From Okamejei kenojei (taxonomy: Eukaryota), in NCBI GenBank assembly GCA_035221665.1, contig CM069140.1, positions 40,796,001 through 40,860,000 of the forward strand: a stretch of DNA of 64,000 nt. Direction: 5' to 3'. A model generated the notes under the pieces. It ran no database searches and had not been told where the DNA came from. It worked only from the letters and a program-made list of their open reading frames with translations. Shown piece after piece: positions 52,441 to 63,065 of the stretch. Position 1 is the first letter of the stretch. Each line of letters starts with the position of its first letter. The position numbers and the translations under genes were made by a program.

Positions 52441-53639
52441 TGTCTAGGGAATCACTGGGGCCTTTGACCCTTGTTTTATTAAAGTTTGGAGCATCTTCTC
52501 CATATTTTGCACCCTCCCCCACATTCATTTATTATCTGGGGGAGAGTCACCATCTTCGTCAGACTCGTCTGACAACACTGGTCTGTTAGACTTCCTTTTT
52601 GCCTTCCTATGGCTATCAGTAGCCTCAGGCTGCTGAGTCTCTGGAGCTAGCGTAGAAGGTTCGCTCTCTAGTATAACTGCTGCCGGTAAAACGCACCCGG
52701 TATCGGAACCGGAGTTGCTCCGCTAATCTGCCTACCCGATCGAATTTGTGAATCTTCACTGGACCCACGCTTACTACGAACCCTCCTACCTGACCGCTCC
52801 ATCTATCCAACTCCTACTGACTGCTCAAGCCAGCTTGACGGAGTTTAAGTACTCCCAGGCAAAGTTTTCAAAACCACTTACCTGCGAAGTTTCTACTTAC
52901 CGCTGGTGGAGCTGCGCCCTCCAGCCCGTTCAGTGTGACATGCGGGACGTAATGACACGCATGCGCCTGGCGGGGCTTCTTCACGTAGTCACTCACGTGA
53001 CTCCGAAGTAAAATCAGAACCACATTGCTATTAGCTTGTTAAGGACATGGCTGGAGCCAAATGCATCTACAGCATTGTGCAGCATATAATATACTGACGC
53101 CTTAGTGAGCTCACAAATGTTCATTAAACTAGGAAACCAAAAATAATTTTGTTCTGCCTTTGCAGAGTGCACCAGACCACATGACCATATCGTTTCACCA
53201 GTCACCTAGGCTACCCAATGATACAGGGCACTTTTGACTGTGCTGACAAACCCTTGAGGGTGCTTGCCTACAATTTGGAGATGGAAAACCAATGCATGAA
53301 GGTGCATCTTGAGAGCAACCATACCAAGCACGTCATGATCACCAAAATCCTGTTATCATGGTTATGCAGTTATCAGCAGTTGTCGTGCTTTCATTTTGCA
53401 GCAGCCTAATGTGTCCTCTATTAGATAAACTACTCTTCCAATTCAATGATTGACTTCTGAGTAATTGATCCATCGTTTGGTCATCTGGCTCCGAGAAACC
53501 CATGCACGAGACTGCATTATACAAATAACAAAAGCCACCCTACCACCTGTAAATTCATTAGCAGTCTTAGAAATGTAACATATGGCTCATTGAAGTTAAA
53601 AGTGGAAAGATCTCCCACATTGACAAGCACCAAGGGAGA

Positions 53640-54665
53640 GAAATTGAATATTTCCTCAATCAAGTTCGTAAGAGACTTGCCATGTACAATGCCATGCTGA
53701 CTGTCCCGAATTAACCTATTCTCTTCCAACTTGGAGAAATCGTATCCTGAAGATTCCTCACCAATAGGTTCCTTATCACTGATGCAAAACTTACTGGCCT
53801 ATAATTCCCTGAATTATTTCTACTTTCCTGTTAAAATAAAGGAACAATATTAGTTACTCACCTCCAGGACCTCACCTGTGGCTAGAGAAGGCACAAAGAT
53901 CTTCATCATGGCTTCTGCAACCTTTCTTGCCTCTCTTAATAACCTCAGTTTTCAGTTTTGTTTGTTGACACGTGTACCGAGGTACAGTGAAAATCTTTTG
54001 TTGCCTGCCATCCAGTCAGCAGAATGACAATACATGATTACAATCAAGTCATTCACAGTGTACAGGTACATGATAAGGAAACAATATTTAGTGCAAGGTA
54101 AAGCGAGCAAAGTCCGATCAAGGTTTGTCTGAGGGTCACCAAAGAAGTAGATAATAGTTCAGCACTGCTCTCTGGTTGTGGTAGCCTGTTAACAGCAGGG
54201 AAGAAACTGTCCCTGAATCTGGCGGTGTGCGTTTACGCACTTCTATACCTTTGTGCCTGATGGGAGAGGGGAGAAGAGGGAGTGGCCAGAGTGCGACTCA
54301 TCCTTGATTATGCTGCTGGCCTCGCCGAGGCAGCATGAGATATTGATGGAAATGGGATAAATCACATCAGGTCCTGGGGATTTATCCACCTTAATGCTCT
54401 TCAAGAGTCCCAACACCTCCTCTTTCTTAATCTCAAACTGCCCTCGCACCCTAATATTCTCCAGACTGATCTCACTGTCCTCCATGCCCTTCTCCTTGGT
54501 GAAAACAGATACAAAGTACTTGTTTGGAACCTTGCATACATTCCCAGACTCCAAGCACAAATTCCCTTCTTTATCTTTGAGCAGTCCTACCTCTCCCAGG
54601 TTACTCTTTTGTTCTTAATATAGGTATAAAAAGCTTTGGGATTTTCTTTGATCCGACTTTCCAAA
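53640..54665 (-). mobile_element. Old CR1 ORF2 fragments split by a Rex-Babar 3' end (~53946-54345, minus)
   Basis: IRDSQHGIVHGKS; YFVSVFTKE...KVDKSPGPD; inserted ASSIIKDESHSGHSLFSPLPSG. Confidence 0.8.
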
Positions 54666-54670
54666 GTATA

Positions 54671-54842
54671 AAATAGGATTAATAGCACATCCTTATTACT
54701 TCAAGAACTGAAATCTATTGTAACCTGCAAGAAATAAATAACTTGCTGTTGCACATTATGGCCACAGCAAGTTATTTATTTCATGCAGGTTGCAATAGAT
54801 TTCAGTTCTCGAAGGGTTAAGGATGTGCTATTAATCTTATTT
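54671..54842. repeat. Long AT-rich inverted repeat (hairpin/MITE-like)
   Basis: Left arm ~54671-54748 is a near reverse complement of ~54764-54842. Confidence 0.9.
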
Positions 54843-55244
54843 CAAATGGTTACAGTTTTATTGCTGCTTTATTCCCCCAATATCGTTTTTACCAGAAAAG
54901 GATTGTAGAATGTTGGTAATGATGTAAGCTATAGATGGATGATTTCCCGGACATCACAAGATTTGCTGTGCAGTGAACTGCTTCCAGTTTCTGCTCAGCA
55001 CTCGCCTGTCTGATGCAACAGTTCAGATGATGCAGCAATGTCTCATAGATAGGAGAGATGAAGTAATGTGGTATGTATTATCACCTGCAGCTCTTTTCCA
55101 CATACTTATTGAAATGTTTACTTTAAACAAATTTAAATGAATCTGTTGGAGGTTTAAAAACTGCAGAGCAGCTTTCGACAGAATAGAAGTTGAGTTTATA
55201 CAATCACAATTCATAAAGCTGTTGTGCTTATAATTTATATTTAC

Positions 55245-55313
55245 CTCCTCTCTCTCAGAGGAATTTTCTCCAGATATAATTTTCTTCAGCTTTGCTAAGG
55301 TTAATTCTAGCTG
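55245..55313 (-). CDS. Candidate 69-bp phase 0-0 coding exon of an unidentified host gene (QLELTLAKLKKIISGENSSEREE)
   Basis: Acceptor gctaattgcag, donor GAG|gtaaat, open frame with coiled-coil-like composition, outside recognisable repeats. Confidence 0.3.
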
Positions 55314-56029
55314 CTGCAATTAGCTTACAGATCAGGAAAGCCTCTAATTTATTTCCTAGGTTGCTATTGGGTGAACTATGTAACAAAACATCTGGGCAGT
55401 CGTGGAACAAACCTTTGTCCTTGCTCAATTTGTCTCATTTCCTTTTTTACTGGAAGGCAAAATATTAAAGCATCTTATCCCCTATTCTGCATTCAGTGAG
55501 ATCCTGGCTGATCTGGGAGCCAACAGCTTTTGTCTCATGTCCCAAAAACACTTTTGACCAACATTTCAGATATCAGATTAACAATCTGACAGTAGAAGCG
55601 AGATCATAACACCTGAAATGTTTTTCACATAAGTTGTTTCTTAATTATACTCCTGAAAAAATATCTGCATCTAATTTTTAAAGTAAAAATTTGTTACAGT
55701 GTAATTTATTGCATTTGCTATTTCTTATTTCAAAATTCCAGCAACTGCTGCATTTTGCTTTAGTCTAGTTTCTGACTGTGTTTTCTATTCCTGGACTTCC
55801 CAGGTATGGTAGTAATTTATTTCAGTCTATCCAGTCAGTTTCCCAGCTAACTTGGACAAATCAATAAAGTCATACCTGTATCAGATAAATTTGTGATGGT
55901 GAAAGGTGGTGAATTTAACCCTTGAGTTCAAGACAACATTCCAGCAAATCTGCACTACATATTCGGCTGGAATTTCTCATGTTTTCATAGGCCATAGAAG
56001 AAGACCATTCAGCCAACCATTTTCTGCCA

Positions 56030-56330
56030 GCTCTCAGAAATTACCTATTAATCACATTCCCCATTTCTTTATCTGTATTATTTTCCCTCTCATATGTCCA
56101 CCTTGGCCATCATCTTCCCTACCTCCCATCGACATTTGCGGCAATTTACAGGAGATAATTAGCCTACCAATCAACATGACATTTGAACTTATGAGGAAAC
56201 CAAAGCTGCTAGAAAAAATCCTCAAGGTTACAGGGTGAAGGTATCAACTCTACACTAATGACACCCTGTGTCAGGGTGAAACCTGGGTCACTGAAGCTGT
56301 GTGGCATTGAATACAGTACTCCAGGTACTG
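56030..56330 (-). mobile_element. Old V-SINE remnant
   Basis: gacccaggtttcaccctgac head and ggtttcctcata V-domain-like segment on minus. Confidence 0.5.
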
Positions 56331-56809
56331 TGATCCTATCAAGAATCTTTGAACATTGAGCAAAAGCCTTTGCTCTGCAATGCACCAGATATAAAAGCCA
56401 ACATCCGCTCAAGATTTTTTATTAAGTTTAGCAGTGTTCATACCATTTTAATGATTCATGTATTTAGATCTCCAAGTCTTTTTTGATCTCCTGTGTTTCC
56501 AGCTTTTCACCTTTAAGTATTGCTCTGATGTATTCCATTTTGTTCCGAAGCTGATGACTTCACACTTATTTACATAGAAATCCCTTTACCAGAGTTTTGC
56601 TCATTTCTGTGTCAATAGCAAATTTAGTTATGTGTTCAACCTCCATTAAAATAAGGTTTTTACAAGTGAAGGCAAAATCTAGAGCCACAGAAGATGAGAT
56701 TTTAATGGGATTTTCAGTTTGTTGCTGCAGAGAAGATCATGGAAGCTGAGGCAAATGTGTTGTGATTTCTTGGATGTCTTGAACTACCAAAGAAGAGGTA
56801 TTGGCTGTG

Positions 56810-57770
56810 TAAAACATTAAGGTCACTAAGTTTTCAGGTCTCAAACAAGTACATCCTTTGATCATATGGGAAACCAAGGAATAAATTGTGCAGAGACCTT
56901 AAAGAGATATTTGCTTCATCTTTAGACACTGGTGAACTTCCGGAAGACCGAAGAATGCTGTGGATGTTCTGTTACTTAAGAAGGGCAGCAAGAATATGCC
57001 AGTAACTTCAGGCATCCACGGTGGATAAGGTACTGGAGGGAATTACTGAGGGATAGGATCTATCAGGGATAGGATCTATTTGGATAGACAAGGACTTACT
57101 AGGGATAGAAACAACAAACTGCTGGTAAAAAGACAGTGCTGGATAACTCAGCAGGTCAGGCAGCATCTCTGCAGAATAGAGATAGGCAACATTTTGGGTC
57201 TGCACCCTTCTTTTGATTGGGCAGTGGAGGTTGCCTAGATGGACTTTAAAAAGTCTAGCATGTTGGGATAGACGAAGTTTAGATGACATGGGGTTGAAGG
57301 AGAATTAGCTAATTATATAAATAATTGGCTTGATTGGAGAAAGTAGAACTTAATTGTGGAAGGTTGTTTTTGAGATTGGATGCCTGTGACAAGTTATCTG
57401 CCACAGGGATTTGTTTCATAAGCCATTGTTGTTCGTTACTTATGTTGAACAAAATGTACAAGACATGGTTAGTAAGTTGGCAGATGTCACTAAAATAGAT
57501 GGTGTCATAGACAGTTAAGAAGATTTTCAATAAATGCAAAAAGATCTTGATTAGCTAGGCAAAGTGGCCCAAAGAATTGCAGATAGCATTTAATTCAAAT
57601 CAGTACGAGGTGTTGCAGTTTGGGATATGAAGCCAGGTAGGACTTTCACAGTGAATGGTAAAGCCCTGGGGAGTGTTGTGGAACAGAGGATACACGTATA
57701 TACTTCCTTGAAAGTAGCATCACTGTAGACAAAGAGGTGAAGAAGGTGTTTAGTGTAATGGCTTTTATGA
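56810..57770 (+). mobile_element. Old CR1 ORF2 fragments with a nested short Penelope-derived repeat (~57108-57212, minus)
   Basis: ggtgaacttccggaagac, agtaagttggcagatgtcactaaa and gcatttaattcaaatcagtacgagg remnants. Confidence 0.6.
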
Positions 57771-57879
57771 CGTGTTTTATGACTTTGTGGATGATGTCAT
57801 ATAATCAAAATCTTGAACTATGTCGAGTGCAAATAAAATGTATTTGGTCATTATGTTTTATTACATTATTGGTTTTCGA

Positions 57880-58525
57880 TAGCTCACATGGTCCACCAAC
57901 ACTGCTGCACTGGTCAAGAAGGCACAGCAACGACTGTTCTTCGTGAGAACATTGAAAAAGACTGGTCTGCCCCAACAGCTGCTGACAACCTTCTATCACT
58001 GCACCACAAAGAGCATACTAACATATGACATCTCTTCAGGAGAGCTCTTCAGCGCGTTGTCCACAGATCGCAGAAGATTATTGGGACACAGCTACCAGCC
58101 TTGGAGGGCATCTACTACACACGGTGCCTCAGGAAGGCCGTCAGCATCCACAAAGACTCCTCACACCCTTGTAATGGACTGTTCATACTCCTACCTTCTG
58201 GCAGACAGTACAAGGCCTTCTACGCCCGCACCTCCAGACTCAGGAACAGCTTCATCCGCAGATCTGTAGCTGCTCTGAATCGGCCCTACTGAGTGCTCCC
58301 CACCCCCATGAACTGTCTCCCTCAGATGGTCTTGTCGCACATCGACCCGGCAGACACATTTGCACTTTAGACTGTTTTACTGTACTTTTTATAAATCATG
58401 TTTCTCGGGGTATCTAAATCTAAATTTTATTAGTTTAATTTATGACATCAGATGGAAGCTGCATACCAAATCTCGTTGCACATATGTGCAATGTCAATAA
58501 AATATATTATTATTATTATTATTAT
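57880..58525 (+). mobile_element. Rex-Babar LINE 3' end with (TAT)n tail
   Basis: KAVSIHKDSSHPCNGLFILLPSGRQYKAFYARTSRLRNSF; tail aataaaatatattattattatt. Confidence 0.85.
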
Positions 58526-58791
58526 GTGATACAAACTTAACAATGAGGACGTTATTGTTACCCCAACCTAACAGACTAGATGGGGCCTCCCTTCAACCTC
58601 TCATCTGGAAAGTAATACATGGGGTTGTAGTGGAGACACCCCACTGCCCTGAAACTTAATGCTGACAAAGACTATTTTTAAATGACTCTGATCATCAGAC
58701 ATAAAAATCAGCTCAAATCAATTTAAACAATTGTAATTCGAAACATCTTAAAACAATATCAAATAGTAAATACACTGAAATAGGAAAGTAA

Positions 58792-59275
58792 AGGGCCTGT
58801 CCCACTGCGGGGACCTAATTTGCGAGTTTAGAAGAGTTCAGGAGAGTTTTTAAACGACCTCCTTCGACTATGTAGAGAACCTCGTACGAATATGTAGAAG
58901 ACCTTCTTCGACCATGTAGAAGACCTCCTTCGATCTCCTTCCACCTCCTTCAACTATGTTGAAGACTAGCTTTGAATAGCAGCGGGAAAATTAAATACCG
59001 AATAGTGGTGAGTGCATACAACCACATTTGACTACCTTTGACTGTACTAACACTACCTTCGATTGCCTTCGATTACCTATGAATAACATGTCGACCTACT
59101 TCGACTAAACCTACAAGTAAAAAAATATCTTTTTTTCCTTTTTTTCCCCTATGCCGACCAATTTTTACTTGCGGATAATTTTCAGCATGCTAAAAAATAC
59201 TTCTCGACCAATCTGAGGCCTCGAGTATGCGGGAACCTCTCTCGAGCATGAAGGAGAGTTACATAGATCTCCTAG
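58792..59275 (+). mobile_element. Non-autonomous DNA transposon (PIF/Harbinger-like), left part, cut off by the LTR
   Basis: TAA followed by TIR-like agggcctgtcccact; short internal repeats (acctccttcgactatgtaga); the matching right TIR is not in the window. Confidence 0.6.
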
Positions 59276-59829
59276 TGTCAAAGTTTGTTTCTTAAAAAGC
59301 AGATAGCAACAAAAACTGTTAAAGGTAAACCGTTGCAATCTTTAATTGATTAATCAGATGGGAGTGACGAGATTACAATGAGCACAAACGTTGCTCAGTG
59401 CTTCTCGGGCTTCCACTCTCAGAACAAAGGACAGTTAGCACAATTATACATTTTTCTTCTCAGTAAAACACTCCTACAAAGTCTGAATATGGCATGACTG
59501 AAAGATTCTGCAACATTTCCGAATATAAGAAAAGCTGGGTCCAAATCAAGCTCATCCAATAACAAGTTATTACTTATCTCTGGAGCACTTTATTTTTTTC
59601 AATCTTGGCTTCTTTATGGCCTTGACAAGAAGCACATGTTATTACTGCAGGCTGCCATCTTAATGTCTTTATTGAAAAGACAACCTGTCCTCCATATTGT
59701 GTTCCATATAATTTACAATGTCATTCAGACTTCGCACCGAGCCATTCTTTTGTTCTACTAGTCCATGCTTTTGTAGAAGAATGACTCCATTTTAGATTTG
59801 ACTATTAGATTTGACTATTAGCTCTTTCA
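59276..59829 (-). mobile_element. 3' LTR (554 bp) of an ERV-like/LTR element
   Basis: Minus strand starts TGAAAGAG right after polypurine tract AAAAAGGAGGGAA (59830-59842), has TATA-like TGTATAATT and ATTAAA polyA signal, ends TTTGACA. Confidence 0.8.
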
Positions 59830-60037
59830 TTCCCTCCTTTTTATCAAACATGATAACATTCACAGTCCTCAATACGTACACACAATGGTCGCAAGTATTA
59901 GAGCAATGATTAGCTGAATGATAGAGCCATAATGTATCGCAGTACCCAAAGTCCACCAAACCAAAGGTATGGTTACCAGTTCAATAGTACCCCAAAGTCC
60001 ATCCAAACCAATCGTATGGCAACCTGTTCTCACTCTG

Positions 60038-60794
60038 TTCATTGACAACCATCCTGATGAAGCTTGTTTAGGGTCAATGGATCAGGTGCCACCTGTAGGC
60101 GGTGTAATCCTTTCAGCTGATATCGGGGTTGTGCCACAAAGTTCGCACCTGTCCAAGGGTGTTGCCAGTCTCTTCGTAGATCGTTGCACAGGTGAGGTGC
60201 TTCCCCCCCCCCCCCCATCTCATCCTGTGGTGGGATTCATCACCTTGATCTAGACGATATCGTATCCGTGGGTTTGGACAGCTTCTCCTCCGAGACGGTT
60301 TGGGTGGCCTGCTTTCACATCACTACGTAGAAGCGGCTGCTGGACTGGAAGCCAAAGACAAAGCCACCATAGATTGTGGTCTGTGTTGACGTAGAAGGTG
60401 CCACTGAAGTTGATGGCGTTGAACTCCTCAAAACCGACAGCAAGGCCAGGGTCAGAGTTGGCGGTCTGCTGTAACTCCCTGCCCTTGTTGTGCACTATCC
60501 AGTTAGGAACTATCTGCATCATCCCCTTTGGAACTTACTCAGGTCAGTTTCACTGATGGCGCTGATCTCGGGGCACATGTCATAGATATCTGGGATGTTG
60601 TTGTCAAAGTCATCCTTGCAGTTGTCTCCTTTGTTGTTACCATCGGCATTGATCTGGTCAGGGTTGGGAACAAAACGGCAATTGCCTTTCTCATCAGAAA
60701 TGCCATCATTGCTATCCTATTCAATGTACTGATTGTCATCACACTGATTACCCACCAGGTCTGAGTCATTGTCTTCCTGGATTGGGTTATGCAT
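60038..60794 (-). pseudogene. THBS2: Intronless thrombospondin-2-like fragment (last type 3 repeats plus most of the C-terminal domain) with stops, frameshifts and deletions
   Basis: Minus translation [140 protein letters not shown]; TANSDPG/FYVNTD/KDYTAYRWHL fit THBS2 better than THBS1. Confidence 0.88.
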
Positions 60795-60914
60795 AATCTC
60801 TTTCAAGAGGTCCATCTGTTTCAAAATGTTCAACTTCTCTCTCTCTCTCTCTCTCTCTCTAGAGTCTTGGTCATACGATAGAGCTCAAAATGCTTCAAGA
60901 ATGTTGATTAAATG

Positions 60915-61107
60915 TGACTTCCGGCGGCGCTATGACTTCCAGCGGCGCTATGGAGTAAGGCAGAATCGCGCCGATTAGCTCCGCTAAAATTGGATGAAAA
61001 ACGGGAGAAAAATTGGTACTTACCTGCAGTACAATGGTACCGGTTGCTTGCAGTGTTACGTCATCAGGTGCGTGACAACACCAACGGTATATCTACTCAA
61101 CATACCC

Positions 61108-61158
<51 letters not shown>

Positions 61159-62330
61159 GTCGAGAAAACCCGGTAAGAGCAAAGAAGTAGGCCCGACTGA
61201 AGCCTCGGGCTCAGGTTTAACATCATCCCAAGAAGAGATCTCAAAGAAGAAAAAAAACAGATGTGGAAGAACTAAGAAGTTTCCTCGCACAAGAAATCGC
61301 AAATGTAATGGAAGAATTGAAAAAAAACTTAAATAGAACTTCAAGGAAGAATTGAACATTTTTAAAAAGAAATTAAAGAAGAAATTCAAGAAGATGTCGT
61401 AGCTTCTGTACATGAAGTACTGGATGCCTGGAAGTTTAACATGGAAGAAAATCTTAATCAAAAGATTGAAGAGAATTTGATGGAATCCAGATTTAATTCA
61501 AAGTTGGACTCCATTTCCCAGGCACTAGAGCAACAACATAAAACTGTAATTGAATTAGAGGAAATTGCTGAAACAAGCTCTAAAACTACAAGAAAGCTTC
61601 TCTCTGAGAACAAGTGTTTATCAGACTTATTCCATAAAATAACTGAAAAATGTATTGACTTGGAGGGATATCAGAGATGCCAGAATCTAAGAATTATGGG
61701 TGTTCAGGAAGGCAGAGAGGGGAACCGTGACCCCCGTGAATTTGCTGCAGATCCATTGAAGAAAGATTTAAATCTGGATCAAACACCTTTACTTGCTTGG
61801 GCACACAGAGCATTGAGATGCCGCCCAAGGGCGGACGCCCCCCCAAGACAACTGATCGTGAAGGTGCAATATGATCATGTTTTGGATGATATGATGAAGA
61901 AAATCGTTCGCAGCAGAAATCTCAAATTTGAAGGAGATAAGATCAGTATATTTCGAGATTACCCTGCGGAGGTCGCCAAGAAAAGAGCATTGTTTACAGA
62001 CACAAGAAGAATACTTAAGAACATAAAAAACCTGAGATATGGACTGATGTACCCTGCAAGATTGAGAATCACCTACGCCAAGCAGGAAAATGTCTTCACC
62101 AAGCACACAGAGGCCCTTGAATTTGCAAAGAACATTGAGAACACTGAAAACATCGAGAGCGAGGGTGAGACTGAGGATTGAATAACATTCAACACTCAAT
62201 ATACACCTGACGATACCAGATATTGTTACCCCACAGAGGAGAAATTGAACTTTAAATTGCTATACTTAAGGACTGTCTAGAATTTAGAATGAGAATTGAG
62301 TAGTTATCTTGTTATTGTTATATAAAAATT
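60915..62330 (+). mobile_element. L1-clade LINE 5' portion: 5' UTR and ORF1 (open 61441-62181)
   Basis: Start tgacttccggcggcgcta duplicated in tandem; ORF1p motifs DLEGYQRCQNLRIMGVQEG, AHRALR, PPRQLIVK, ISIFRDYPAEVAKKR, YGLMYPARLRIT; ORF2 not found downstream in the window. Confidence 0.9.
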
Positions 62331-62906
62331 ATATAAAACGGCATTACGTCGACGCTGACGGCAGAGCAAGAGCTGCAGAGGCAGCTCCTCGACAGCGGTA
62401 GGTATGGGCCCGCAGGTAAGTGCAGGGGAAAAACACTTTCAGGGTCTAAAAAAACTCTGTGGCTGGTACTGAATACCAGAATTTAAAACTAATTTAAAAG
62501 TAAAAAATAAGTTGGAAAAACAACGGAGTTTTAAAAAAGAACGTCCTAAGGGGAGCGATCGGAACGGGATATTACGGAGCCCGTTCCGATACCGGTGGCC
62601 GTCAAAATTACGTTGGAAAGATTTTTTAGTCGCTCCACAAACTTTTGGCACGGGGGGGGGGGGGGGGGGGAATTTTATAAAGTCAGAAAGGCCATAATTT
62701 AAAAAAATCAATAAAAGGCGTTCAGACTAAAAAAGGTTATGGCTAAAGGGGTTTCATATATAAATATATATATTGAATTATGGGTGGGAATATCTACCTC
62801 AGATATGTGAAGGTAGTCTCCTTGAGGAAAAACTCAGGAGTAATAAGGGCAGTAAAAATAAAATGGAAAACTGACCCTAAAAATGCACTGATAGTGGTGG
62901 CTGGTC

Positions 62907-62923
62907 ATGAAGTACCCACCACA

Positions 62924-62968
<45 letters not shown>

Positions 62969-63065
62969 GTGCTGTGGTGGGTACTTCATGACATATATAT
63001 ATATATATATTCCCTGATGCTGTGGTGGGTACTTCATACATATATATATATGTATATATATATAC
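62907..63065. repeat. (TA)n microsatellites interleaved with an inverted/direct 21-bp repeat
   Basis: catgaagtacccaccacagca (62907) and its reverse complement tgctgtggtgggtacttcat at ~62970 and ~63018. Confidence 0.9.

Larger units (their letters stand above)
48167..53013 (-). mobile_element. Full-length DIRS1-type tyrosine-recombinase retrotransposon (disrupted ORFs)
   Basis: Inverted terminal repeats (48240-48274 vs 52951-52987); ICR at ~48388-48500 complementary to both termini; gag-like, RT, RNase H/methyltransferase and YR ORFs in DIRS order. Confidence 0.96.

Noticed and set aside
60038-60794. Functional THBS gene exon(s)
   Set aside because: No introns, several in-frame stops, frameshifts and internal deletions.
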